Of a stretch of 34,289 nt of DNA, positions 8,035 to 16,044 are shown piece by piece. The position numbers were made by a program, and so were the translations under genes. The notes beneath the pieces are model-generated. The model made no database searches, had not been told where the DNA came from, and saw only the letters and a list, made by a program, of their open reading frames with translations. The DNA lies in NCBI GenBank assembly GCA_045634565.1, contig JAZRAM010000030.1, positions 1 through 34,289 on the forward strand. The letters run 5' to 3'. Positions within the stretch are counted from its first letter, which is position 1; each line of letters begins with the position of its first letter. This DNA comes from Bacilli bacterium (GTDB taxonomy: Bacteria > Bacillota_I > Bacilli_A > RF39 > UBA660).

Positions 8035-8262
8035 ACTTGAAAGAGGGAATAGGTATGGTTTACATTCATCTAAATTGGTAGTCCAAAAACTTTTAGTTGC
8101 ACATTTAAATGTAGCACAATTTGGTTTGTCTATACCATTAAGTTCTAAAACATTACCATATCCATCTTCACATTTTACACCATACGGTAATCTTGAACAT
8201 AAGTCTTTGGTTAATAAATCTTTTTCTGCTTGTGTTATATTTCTTTTATTTTTATATGAATT
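8035..8262 (-). other. stop-free, start-less in-frame extension of CDS 7822..8034 (Cys-rich coding-like sequence)
   Basis: My translation gives ...TQAEKDLLTKDLCSRLPYGVKCEDGYGNVLELNGIDKPNCATFKCATKSFWTTNLDECKPYLFPLSS-MTEEQ. There is no ATG/GTG/TTG, and the other two frames are closed. Confidence 0.6.
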
Positions 8263-8387
8263 TCATTTTCAAGATATATCCAATCTAAATTATAAAGATT
8301 TTCATCATAATCATAAATACGTATCAAACTATCTTCATTTGCTTTTTGTAACAACGATAAAAGCAATTCTTTTTCTTCTTGTGTCAT
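8235..8387 (-). CDS. hypothetical small protein (possible upstream part of a frameshifted gene)
   Basis: I prefer the ATG at 8387 (MTQEEKELL). The 16 extra codons of the track ORF lie on the promoter element. Confidence 0.5.
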   Translation of the reverse strand: MTQEEKELLLSLLQKANEDSLIRIYDYDENLYNLDWIYLENEIHIKIKEI

Positions 8388-8435
8388 AATTATTATTTTT
8401 TCTTTGTTTCTTACATATATATAACCACTATTCAC

Positions 8436-8677
8436 ACATTTATTTCACAATCTGAGAAAAATAAATCTATTTTTTTAGTGTTAAATAATTTAACATTCTT
8501 AATTAATTAGTCAATTAAGAATATCAATGTTTCACGTGAAACATAAAAAAATAAATCTATTCTAATATAACCAATTTAAAATCGTTTTTTTCACAAAAAA
8601 AATGCAATAACTTTTTGAGAGAAAGCTATTGCATTTATTAATTACATCTAATGTTGTGAGGTGGGATATTTAATTAT
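8436..8677 (-). promoter_or_regulatory. composite intergenic module: 2 promoter copies + P1/AT-hairpin/P2 + terminator
   Basis: Promoter copies at 8410-8453 (the proximal copy starts 26 nt below the module start, inside the rejected N-terminal codons 8388-8435 of the track ORF) and 8561-8596. P1 at 8479-8495. P2 at 8527-8544. Hairpin at 8601-8635. Confidence 0.75.
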
Positions 8678-9163
8678 TTAGATGTTTTTATTTCCTTCTT
8701 TATCCGAAAGAAAATAACCCATATTACTTGCATTTGTGTATTGATGTATAAACCCAATTAATTGCAGTGTAAATAAGGCTACATAACTTGCATAAAAATT
8801 ATAGTATTCAAATAATATATCATAATTAATGAATAACATACTAACGAAAAATACCATACTATAACTAAGAACAAACCATATTGATATCTTATTGAATAAT
8901 GTAAAGTTAAACCATTCGTTTTGAATTTGTTGAACACTATTCACGATACATTTATTGTCTTTCATTTCTTCATTAATACCATCAATAAGATTATTTGAAA
9001 AAATCAAAAACTTATTTGTTTTTCTTATCGACCACAATATAACCATTAAATATATAACACCTAATACGAAAGGAGGTATTGAAGAGGTTTCAAAAGTTGT
9101 GGTAGTAAAACCAATAATAATTGCAATAGCTAAATAAATAATGTTATAAAATATGTATTTCAT
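8678..9163 (-). CDS. hypothetical integral membrane protein (about 4 TM)
   Basis: 161 aa with four hydrophobic segments and no class I promoter directly upstream. Confidence 0.7.
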   Translation of the reverse strand: MKYIFYNIIYLAIAIIIGFTTTTFETSSIPPFVLGVIYLMVILWSIRKTNKFLIFSNNLIDGINEEMKDNKCIVNSVQQIQNEWFNFTLFNKISIWFVLSYSMVFFVSMLFINYDILFEYYNFYASYVALFTLQLIGFIHQYTNASNMGYFLSDKEGNKNI

Positions 9164-9209
9164 GTTATTATATTTTTTTGTTTGTTACTAGATTCTTTTT
9201 TTTCAAAAT

Positions 9210-9236
9210 CCTCTACCATATTAATAATGGTAGAGG
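9210..9236 (-). terminator. hairpin terminator after 9252..9620
   Basis: CCTCTACCAT / ATGGTAGAGG, followed by ATTTTGAAAAAAAA in gene orientation. Confidence 0.6.
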
Positions 9237-9251
9237 ACACTCTACAATTGT

Positions 9252-9620
9252 TTAATCAATATCATTAGATAAAAGTTCGTCTTTTTCTATTCTATCCAAC
9301 AATGTATCAACACATTCCCATGAACAAGCCTTTATAACGGTTTCTACCATATTGTGTTGATTAATTTCTTCAATAGAATATCCAAACGCTTTTTGAATTT
9401 TCTTTATTATGGTAGTTTTTGTTTCACATTCAAAATCATTAACAAGACTTTCATCGTCAATATCTATATTAATAACTTTATAATCAAACATTTCTTTAAT
9501 TGATGATTCTGGTATGTAGATAATTTCATTATCACTGACTTTATCTATTGGTTTATCAGTTCTATAAACCATACCATCACTTGTTTCAAATACTTTGTCT
9601 AAATATTTATCTGTATTCAT
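9252..9620 (-). CDS. hypothetical acidic protein
   Basis: 122 aa, D/E-rich, preceded by an unusual 200-nt leader. Confidence 0.7.
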   Translation of the reverse strand: MNTDKYLDKVFETSDGMVYRTDKPIDKVSDNEIIYIPESSIKEMFDYKVINIDIDDESLVNDFECETKTTIIKKIQKAFGYSIEEINQHNMVETVIKACSWECVDTLLDRIEKDELLSNDID

Positions 9621-9822
9621 AATTATTTATTTGTTTTGTTACTATTTTCCCAAATTTAGGTACATGTAAAGAAGATAATATCGAAGAACCTAATGTACCT
9701 ATCAGTAGTTACTTTCACTTAGCATTTTCGCCCGATTGATTTTCTCGTTCGGATAGTCTCTAATTGACTATTTCAACAAAGTAATAACAATAATAAATCA
9801 GCGTGTATAGGAAAAATTTTTC

Positions 9823-9866
9823 GTTACATAAGTAAAACCACTATTCACGCATTTATTTCACAATTT
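9823..9866 (-). promoter_or_regulatory. class I promoter-like element
   Basis: gttacataagtaaaaccactattcacgcatttatttcacaattt. It lies about 200 nt upstream of ATG 9620, an unusually long leader. Confidence 0.6.
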
Positions 9867-9880
9867 AGTGGTATTTTTTT

Positions 9881-10393
9881 TTATATACTCATTTGAGTAG
9901 TTGAGGCTACATTTAGTAGCCCTTTTTCTTTTAAATTCCACAATAAGTAATCTAGATATTCTGAATCAAATACGGTTTCATCATTTCCATATACATGGTT
10001 ATAATCTACCAATATTTCCATATCATAACCCTCATAAGCATGATATAAAATTTCGAGTTCATGAATTAAATCACAAATTGTACCATTAAATGATATATCT
10101 GCAGGTTTTCTCCATTCACAAAATGTTTTGATTGTGAATCGATGCATTTTTGTGAGTGCATTAATATTGGTTATAATGAAATCGGTTTCAGCCATTCCAT
10201 CTGTAGGATAAGCATAAATTGTTTCCGAGTCTTCTTCTCTATCAAAATCATTATTGATAAAATATACACTATATTCATCTTTAGCAGTTAAAGCCTGATG
10301 ATTTTTACCTCCAAAGTCTTCTAATATAGTTAGAATTTCTTTATTTCTAGTTTCATGACCGATAATTGCAAGTTTTACATCAAAATATTTCAT
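9881..10393 (-). CDS. hypothetical protein, GHxTR...GG N-terminal domain family
   Basis: 170 aa with KLAIIGHETRNKEILTILEDFGGKN...VYFIN. Confidence 0.75.
   Translation of the reverse strand: MKYFDVKLAIIGHETRNKEILTILEDFGGKNHQALTAKDEYSVYFINNDFDREEDSETIYAYPTDGMAETDFIITNINALTKMHRFTIKTFCEWRKPADISFNGTICDLIHELEILYHAYEGYDMEILVDYNHVYGNDETVFDSEYLDYLLWNLKEKGLLNVASTTQMSI
9886..9899. promoter_or_regulatory. class II palindrome TACTCATTTGAGTA
   Basis: Overlaps the last codons of 9881..10393. Confidence 0.55.
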
Positions 10394-10435
10394 ATCAATC
10401 TAATTGTATTAATTAAACCATTTCTTTTATTATTT

Positions 10436-10479
10436 CTTACATCTATATAACCACTATAGGTATATTTTTTTCACAATCT
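10436..10479 (-). promoter_or_regulatory. class I promoter-like element
   Basis: cttacatctatataacc...ttcacaatct, upstream of ATG 10393. Confidence 0.65.
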
Positions 10480-10513
10480 GAGAAAAATAAATTTACTTTT
10501 TTTATTCTAGTGT

Positions 10514-10732
10514 TTATCTATTAGACCAAAAACCACTATTAGTTTTGAATTTCACAACTAACTGACATTCACGTTGATTATAATTCACATCAAAACCATT
10601 TTGAATAAGCAGTTCTTGTAAACCTTTATGATAATCAACTAACGCAAAATCTTGATTTGATAATTGCAGTTGAATTTGAGGTAATAGTTTGTTAAGCATT
10701 ATTTGTGCTTGCATTTGTTCAGCTAAGTTCAT
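10514..10732 (-). CDS. hypothetical protein
   Basis: 72-aa ORF with a class I promoter upstream. Confidence 0.55.
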   Translation of the reverse strand: MNLAEQMQAQIMLNKLLPQIQLQLSNQDFALVDYHKGLQELLIQNGFDVNYNQRECQLVVKFKTNSGFWSNR

Positions 10733-11028
10733 ATTGCTTTATTATTTAATTTTGTTTGTTACAACTATATAACCACTATAGGTATGTTTTTTTCACAATC
10801 TGAGAAAAAATAAATCTACTTTTTCATTGTGAAAAATATAGTCTTGAATTGGTTATATAAGTAGATATAAAAATCTAAATGTTAAATAATTTAACATCAT
10901 TAATTAATTAAGGATATCAATGTTTCACGTGAAACATAAAAAAATAAATCTATTCTTATATAACCACTATTAATCTATTTATTTCACAAAAAAACCTCCA
11001 AACTTTTTATCGTTTGGAGGGAATTTTT
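10733..11028 (-). promoter_or_regulatory. composite intergenic module with an extra plus-oriented promoter copy
   Basis: Minus-oriented copies at 10758-10801 and 10954-10989. Plus-oriented copy at 10827-10866. P1 at 10880-10896. P2 at 10920-10937. Hairpin at 10995-11020. Confidence 0.75.
10827..10866 (+). promoter_or_regulatory. class I promoter-like element pointing against the gene array
   Basis: ttgtgaaaaatatagtcttgaattggttatataagtagat on the plus strand, inside a minus-strand intergenic module. Confidence 0.5.
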
Positions 11029-12147
11029 TTATGCTACTAGCAATTCCATAGCTTTTTCCATTTTCTTATTAGCACTGCCATTTAACATACTATCAAATCT
11101 TTTAGTTGCTAATGTTAGTGTATCATCTTTTTTAGCATTACCATAGCTTGCTGTATTTGATAGATAATTTGTTGTTCCATTGAACAGCCACAATTTTGTA
11201 CCTTGTGCAAAATCTTGTCCTAAATCATCACTATATAGTGTATTTTTAAAGTCAGTGATAATGTTTTTAGTTCTAGTTGAAAGGTCATCTACCAAATCTA
11301 AATTATAATTATGTAATTTAATTTGTCGTTTCAAATCTTCTTTATCAACAAAAAGATTTAATACATAGTTTTCTATATCAGTGTCATTTACTTTAGCTAG
11401 TTTAAAAGCATTCATTTGATTTATATAATCTTCACTAAATAATACAAGTTTACGCAACTTTTCTTGTATAGCTGTGATATTGGTTTGTTTAGTGAAGTCA
11501 AATCTTTGCGGTGCATAGCGTGAATGTTTGAAAGTCAATCCCAATTTTGATGTTACATTTTGCATAAATGTATTTTGACAAATAACTCGCACGGGAGAAA
11601 ATCTAATTTGAAGTCCGCTTGTACCATCATGAGAAGTATGTGCAAAAATATAGAATTTTGTTTCTGATTTATCGCCATCAATACGACCTATTGTAGGTAA
11701 TTCAGCTTGTATATATGGTTCAAAATCATGTACTAAACCTGCTGACACAATTTTTAGAGGGTCTTGATTTACTGATGAATTACACATCATATCAATTAAA
11801 TCAAAACAAGTGGTATTTTGTATTGTTCCATAAGATTCACCAACAACACCTATTGTTTTATTTTTTTCAACACATACGGTTGCTTTATGCGTATCAATAA
11901 TACAATTTGGGTCAATTGAAATTTGTTCACCTCTTAGAATTGCTTCAATTTGGTCTTGTGGAAGTCTCACAATTTTATCTTCTCGCACTTCAAAATTCGC
12001 ACCAATTTGATTAATTACTTCATTTACGCTTATATTTCCATCAAATTTATGAAAACCTAAACCTAAAGTTAGAGCATTAGTTGTGTTCTTTTCTTCTGTT
12101 GCGGTTGAATTTATAACTTTCATTGCTTGTTCTAAAATATCTGCCAT
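11029..12147 (-). CDS. DUF932 family protein (phage/plasmid-like)
   Basis: 372 aa. HTSHDGTSGLQIRFSPVRVICQNT matches the DUF932 core motif (hDGs ... vRvvCxNT). One of the few starts with an AGGAGA 8 nt upstream. Confidence 0.75.
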   Translation of the reverse strand: MADILEQAMKVINSTATEEKNTTNALTLGLGFHKFDGNISVNEVINQIGANFEVREDKIVRLPQDQIEAILRGEQISIDPNCIIDTHKATVCVEKNKTIGVVGESYGTIQNTTCFDLIDMMCNSSVNQDPLKIVSAGLVHDFEPYIQAELPTIGRIDGDKSETKFYIFAHTSHDGTSGLQIRFSPVRVICQNTFMQNVTSKLGLTFKHSRYAPQRFDFTKQTNITAIQEKLRKLVLFSEDYINQMNAFKLAKVNDTDIENYVLNLFVDKEDLKRQIKLHNYNLDLVDDLSTRTKNIITDFKNTLYSDDLGQDFAQGTKLWLFNGTTNYLSNTASYGNAKKDDTLTLATKRFDSMLNGSANKKMEKAMELLVA

Positions 12148-12194
12148 AGTTATGTCTCCTATTTTTTTTATTTTGTTATTACTATTATTTGTTT

Positions 12195-12238
12195 CTTACA
12201 TCTATATAACCAATTTTAATCTATATTTTTCACAATCT
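12195..12238 (-). promoter_or_regulatory. class I promoter-like element
   Basis: cttacatctatataaccaattttaatctatatttttcacaatct, upstream of ATG 12147. Confidence 0.65.
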
Positions 12239-12270
12239 AAGAAAAAAAATTGATTTATTTTTTTTTATTG

Positions 12271-12316
12271 CAAGCGTATATACTTGTTTTTTATTATTAC
12301 AAGCATATACACTTGT
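12271..12316. terminator. two tandem short hairpins downstream of 12331..12627
   Basis: CAAG-cgtatata-CTTG and ACAAG-catataca-CTTGT. The T-runs follow them on the plus strand, not the gene strand, so function is uncertain. Confidence 0.3.
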
Positions 12317-12330
12317 ATTTAGATATCTGT

Positions 12331-12627
12331 TTAATTTAATTCAGCATATATTGGATAATATGGAATTGAATTATGTTGTAAAACTTTATACATGTGTTTA
12401 TGGTAATAAAGTCTTGTTTCCATATTATTATTTTCTTTATTATAATACACATAGATTTGTGCACTATTTTGCAGTTTATTAAACTTTCCATCTAATAGAA
12501 TTAGATTCGATTCATTTAATTGCTTTTGGTACAATGCTAAAAATTGTTCTTTTGTACCACTATAAATGGTAATATTTTTTTTACCTTTATATTGAAATAA
12601 TGGGTCTATGATTGAATACTTTTCCAT
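12331..12627 (-). CDS. hypothetical protein
   Basis: 98-aa ORF with a class I promoter upstream. Confidence 0.65.
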   Translation of the reverse strand: MEKYSIIDPLFQYKGKKNITIYSGTKEQFLALYQKQLNESNLILLDGKFNKLQNSAQIYVYYNKENNNMETRLYYHKHMYKVLQHNSIPYYPIYAELN

Positions 12628-12832
12628 AATAATATTTTATTTTGTTTCTTACAACTATATAACCAATTTCAATTTAGATTTTTCACAATCTCACAAAAAT
12701 AAATCTACTTTTTTAATGTTAAATAATTTAACACTCAAAATAAACCTCTACTAATATAACCAATATAGGTTTATTTTTTTTCACAAAAACACCTCCAAAC
12801 TTTTTATTATTTGGAGGTGAGTTTTATGCTTT
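12628..12832 (-). promoter_or_regulatory. composite intergenic module (P1 only)
   Basis: Promoter copies at 12648-12691 and 12751-12786. P1 at 12717-12733. Hairpin at 12790-12818. Confidence 0.7.
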
Positions 12833-13348
12833 TTATCCTTTGGAGGAAATATATATTTTTTTCACTTCTTTGAAATTAGATATATGTTTGAATATATATT
12901 CTAATTCATTGTTTGGGAATGATAGAATGGACAAAATTTTTATCCAAAAACTTAAACTAATCTCCTCTAAAGAAGTCTTAGATACATTAAAATAGTCATT
13001 AATAGAGTTTAATATATTTTGTTCCAACATTTGTTGTTCGTATTTATTATATAACTCACAACTCTTATTATATAATGCCCAACATTGTTGGTATGTATCA
13101 CTAAACTTGTCTTTTGAAACTAAATTTTCATAGATATCATCATCATTTAATTTGATGCTTAAAATATCATTGTTTATAAGGAATTTTACACTAAAGTTTT
13201 TAAGAGCGTCATTATCTGTGTTAAACACAAACAATTGATTATCACCTAAATCATTGGTAAATCTTAATACACCTATAGTCCAATTTACTGTGTCTTGTGT
13301 TTTTTCTACAATTTCTAACTTTGTTTTTATTTCTTCTGTTATTGTCAT
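12833..13348 (-). CDS. hypothetical protein
   Basis: 171-aa ORF. Confidence 0.7.
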   Translation of the reverse strand: MTITEEIKTKLEIVEKTQDTVNWTIGVLRFTNDLGDNQLFVFNTDNDALKNFSVKFLINNDILSIKLNDDDIYENLVSKDKFSDTYQQCWALYNKSCELYNKYEQQMLEQNILNSINDYFNVSKTSLEEISLSFWIKILSILSFPNNELEYIFKHISNFKEVKKIYISSKG

Positions 13349-13405
13349 AGTTGTTTATTTTAATTAATTAGTTCTTTAATCTTATTATATATTTTTTTCT
13401 TGTTA

Positions 13406-13419
13406 TACTCATTTGAGTA
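13406..13419. promoter_or_regulatory. class II palindrome TACTCATTTGAGTA
   Basis: 58 nt upstream of ATG 13348. There is no class I element in this gap. Confidence 0.6.
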
Positions 13420-13424
13420 ATTAA

Positions 13425-13895
13425 TTACTCTATTTCGATTACATCTTGCCATGTTCTATCAATGTTCATATAAAATGGTAATTCTTTAGGTGTAACGTAT
13501 TTAAACATTTCTATATCTATTTCTAGCTCATCTTCATTTGGTTTATCACCAAATAAAATGTGTCGAACACCTAAATCTCCAAGTGCTGTTAAAGGATATA
13601 TATAATAATATTTATCTATTTGGAAATATTTACCCTCTTTCCATTCATTCACACCATTAATTACTAATTTATATCTTTCACTTGGAAGATTTTGTTTAAT
13701 TGCAAAGAATAATCTTCGATAATACGTTATTTTTGTTCCACTTTTCCATTGAGAAAGCGGTTGTTTACTACAAATATATCCACAATGTGTATCATATATA
13801 TCTGTTTTCTTTTCAATCCTTAATTTAGATTGATATTCAGTCTCAAACTGAATAAATTTATTATTTCTAGTATCAATAAGAACCTTTGTAGCCAT
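13425..13895 (-). CDS. hypothetical protein
   Basis: 156-aa ORF. Confidence 0.7.
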   Translation of the reverse strand: MATKVLIDTRNNKFIQFETEYQSKLRIEKKTDIYDTHCGYICSKQPLSQWKSGTKITYYRRLFFAIKQNLPSERYKLVINGVNEWKEGKYFQIDKYYYIYPLTALGDLGVRHILFGDKPNEDELEIDIEMFKYVTPKELPFYMNIDRTWQDVIEIE

Positions 13896-13914
13896 AATCT
13901 TATAATATTATTGG

Positions 13915-14163
13915 TTAGTCTTGAAATGTTTCTATTAATTCAATGTTTTTCACATAGTGAGAATTAATATATGCTTGGAAATAATATCCATTTATATCCT
14001 CCCCACAAACAAACTCATCATTTTGAGTTTGAATTGTACTATCTTCTTCGATACCATCGACAATTGAATTAAATTGTTCTTGTGCCTCTTGTTTTGTAGC
14101 AAACACCCATGTTTTGCTTTCACAATTAAATTGCGATACCACACTATAAATTATTCCTAACAT
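13915..14163 (-). CDS. hypothetical acidic protein
   Basis: 82-aa ORF, 19 nt upstream of the next gene. Confidence 0.6.
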   Translation of the reverse strand: MLGIIYSVVSQFNCESKTWVFATKQEAQEQFNSIVDGIEEDSTIQTQNDEFVCGEDINGYYFQAYINSHYVKNIELIETFQD

Positions 14164-14187
14164 AATCTTATAATATTTATTTTGTTT

Positions 14188-14231
14188 CTTACATCTATAT
14201 AACCACTATTGGTTTAGATTTTTCACAATAT
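14188..14231 (-). promoter_or_regulatory. class I promoter-like element
   Basis: Motif copy upstream of ATG 14163. Confidence 0.65.
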
Positions 14232-14276
14232 GAGAAAAAAATAAATTCATTTTTCCCATATTGGGGAATTGTATTA

Positions 14277-14711
14277 TTACTTGTTCTCTAACATTAATGA
14301 TAGGTACAACATTTTTACATCATTATCAACATTTTTGTTGTTTAAGAACAAATCTTTGTTGAGCTTATTATAATAAGACTTTACAAATGTATGTACTACC
14401 CAACATTTTTCAGATATTATGTTCCAATCTATATTATCTACTTTGGAAACAATTTCTAACATTAATTCGGGAAGTGGCGAATGATGTGCAATATATATGT
14501 TCCAATTCATATAATTTTTAAATTTCATAACATATTTCTGTGGTATTACAGTCCACTCCGCAACTAAATCCCAATTTAATTCATTTGCAAACTCAATTAA
14601 AAAACCTATAGAATGAGTTTGAGTATATAAACTTCTATCATTCCAATTTACTTGGTCTAATGATTCATATTGAGTATCTAAACACTTATTGAAAAATTCT
14701 AATCTATCCAT
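14277..14711 (-). CDS. divergent member of the 23-residue repeat family
   Basis: 144 aa with recurring F..F....W..I spacing (FLIEFANELNWDLV, VMKFKNYMNWNIYI, NIDWNIIS). Confidence 0.65.
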   Translation of the reverse strand: MDRLEFFNKCLDTQYESLDQVNWNDRSLYTQTHSIGFLIEFANELNWDLVAEWTVIPQKYVMKFKNYMNWNIYIAHHSPLPELMLEIVSKVDNIDWNIISEKCWVVHTFVKSYYNKLNKDLFLNNKNVDNDVKMLYLSLMLENK

Positions 14712-14750
14712 TTTTTTCTGTTTTTATTTTGTTATTACTTTAATTAATAG

Positions 14751-14764
14751 TACTCATTTGAGTA
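14751..14764. promoter_or_regulatory. class II palindrome TACTCATTTGAGTA
   Basis: 40 nt upstream of ATG 14711. There is no class I element in this gap. Confidence 0.6.
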
Positions 14765-14766
14765 GT

Positions 14767-15324
14767 CTATATTATTTCTACATTTGATAAACTTTGAATA
14801 CTAAAATAGTGTTCTTCAATTCCATTTTCACACCATTCTACATCTGTTTTGATAATATATGTGGCATTATCAACTATTTTACTATTTTTATTGTTATATA
14901 TCTTAGTATATTCAGTGCAATTATTTTCACTTAATCGTTCTTTAAAAAGGTTAATCAATTTTTTTTGTAATCTATGAAAGTCTTGACTACGATATAATAT
15001 CTTTTTTTCACGATATACTTCTTCTCCTTGTTCTTCTATATTAATAGTTTCAGTTAGAATATACAATCTATTAACATAGTTTTCCCAAGTTATAGGTGCA
15101 TATCCTTGCTGACTTCTATCTAATTTATCGATATCATCACATTGTATTACATTGTCTTGTCCTATATAATACACTTTATTTTCATTATGTGCTGATAAAC
15201 CGCAATTAATTCCACCATGTTTTTCTAAGGTAGAAATTATTTCGTCTCCATATTTTTCACTACCATAAAAAGCTGTTTTTTGACAAACTACACCACTTGT
15301 TGTTACAAAACTTTCTGTAAACAT
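14767..15324 (-). CDS. hypothetical protein, GHxTR...GG family (divergent)
   Basis: 185 aa with GSEKYGDEIISTLEKHGGIN...VYYIGQDNVIQ. Confidence 0.7.
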   Translation of the reverse strand: MFTESFVTTSGVVCQKTAFYGSEKYGDEIISTLEKHGGINCGLSAHNENKVYYIGQDNVIQCDDIDKLDRSQQGYAPITWENYVNRLYILTETINIEEQGEEVYREKKILYRSQDFHRLQKKLINLFKERLSENNCTEYTKIYNNKNSKIVDNATYIIKTDVEWCENGIEEHYFSIQSLSNVEII

Positions 15325-15359
15325 AATCTTATTACTTTTATTTATTATTACTATTATTT

Positions 15360-15400
15360 CTTACAACTATATAACCAATTTTAATCTATATTTTTCACAA
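15360..15400 (-). promoter_or_regulatory. class I promoter-like element
   Basis: Motif copy upstream of ATG 15324. It abuts the stop of 15402..15791. Confidence 0.65.
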
Positions 15401-15401
15401 G

Positions 15402-15791
15402 TTAATCAATTAATTTATCAATTGTGGTAAAAATATTTCCATCTTTATTTGCAAGTGGATAAATATATTTTACAATATGATTAATACAATGTGAGCCACC
15501 ATCAATATAATAATCTGACATAGTTAGCCGTAAACATTCATTTTTTACAATATCAATTTTTACATCAACATTATATTTACACGAATTTATTTCGTTAGCT
15601 AAATCAGTTATTAATGTATTACTATAATAACTATTTAAATCTGTTATCTCATTTTTTCTTTTCAAAGAAAAAATAAAACCATTATTACTATTATTTAGTC
15701 TCTTTATTATATCGTTTAATTCTAAAGCTCTTTGAATGAAATTCGGTTTTACGTTTTCTAATCTTACGGTTTGAAAAATTATCTTTGTCAT
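15402..15791 (-). CDS. hypothetical protein
   Basis: 129-aa ORF. Confidence 0.65.
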   Translation of the reverse strand: MTKIIFQTVRLENVKPNFIQRALELNDIIKRLNNSNNGFIFSLKRKNEITDLNSYYSNTLITDLANEINSCKYNVDVKIDIVKNECLRLTMSDYYIDGGSHCINHIVKYIYPLANKDGNIFTTIDKLID

Positions 15792-16044
15792 ATCTATTAT
15801 TATTTTACTTTGTTTGTTACACCTATAAAACCAATTTCAATCTATTTATTTCACAATCTAAGAAAAATAAATCTACTTTTTTCATGTTAAATAATTTAAC
15901 ATTATTAATTAATTGAGGATATCAATGTTTCACGTGAAACATAAAAAAATAAATCTATTCTAATATAACCAATATGGATTTATTTTTTTCACAAAAAAAG
16001 CTCCAAACTTTTTATCGTTTGGAGCGGTATGATTTGTTTAGATA
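15792..16044 (-). promoter_or_regulatory. composite intergenic module: 2 promoter copies + P1/AT-hairpin/P2 + terminator
   Basis: Promoter copies at 15816-15859 and 15958-15994. P1 at 15885-15901. P2 at 15925-15942. Hairpin at 16000-16025. Confidence 0.75.

Noticed and set aside
8075-8389. 104-aa plus-strand ORF in the 8.0-8.4 kb gap.
   Set aside because: It is antisense to the stop-free minus frame, which encodes a far more protein-like sequence in frame with 7822..8034, and it has no plus-oriented promoter.
9700-9790. Slightly GC-richer stretch with GTTCGGAT, checked as a possible second tRNA.
   Set aside because: I could not build an acceptor stem, a T arm (5 bp + 7-nt loop) or an anticodon arm on either strand.
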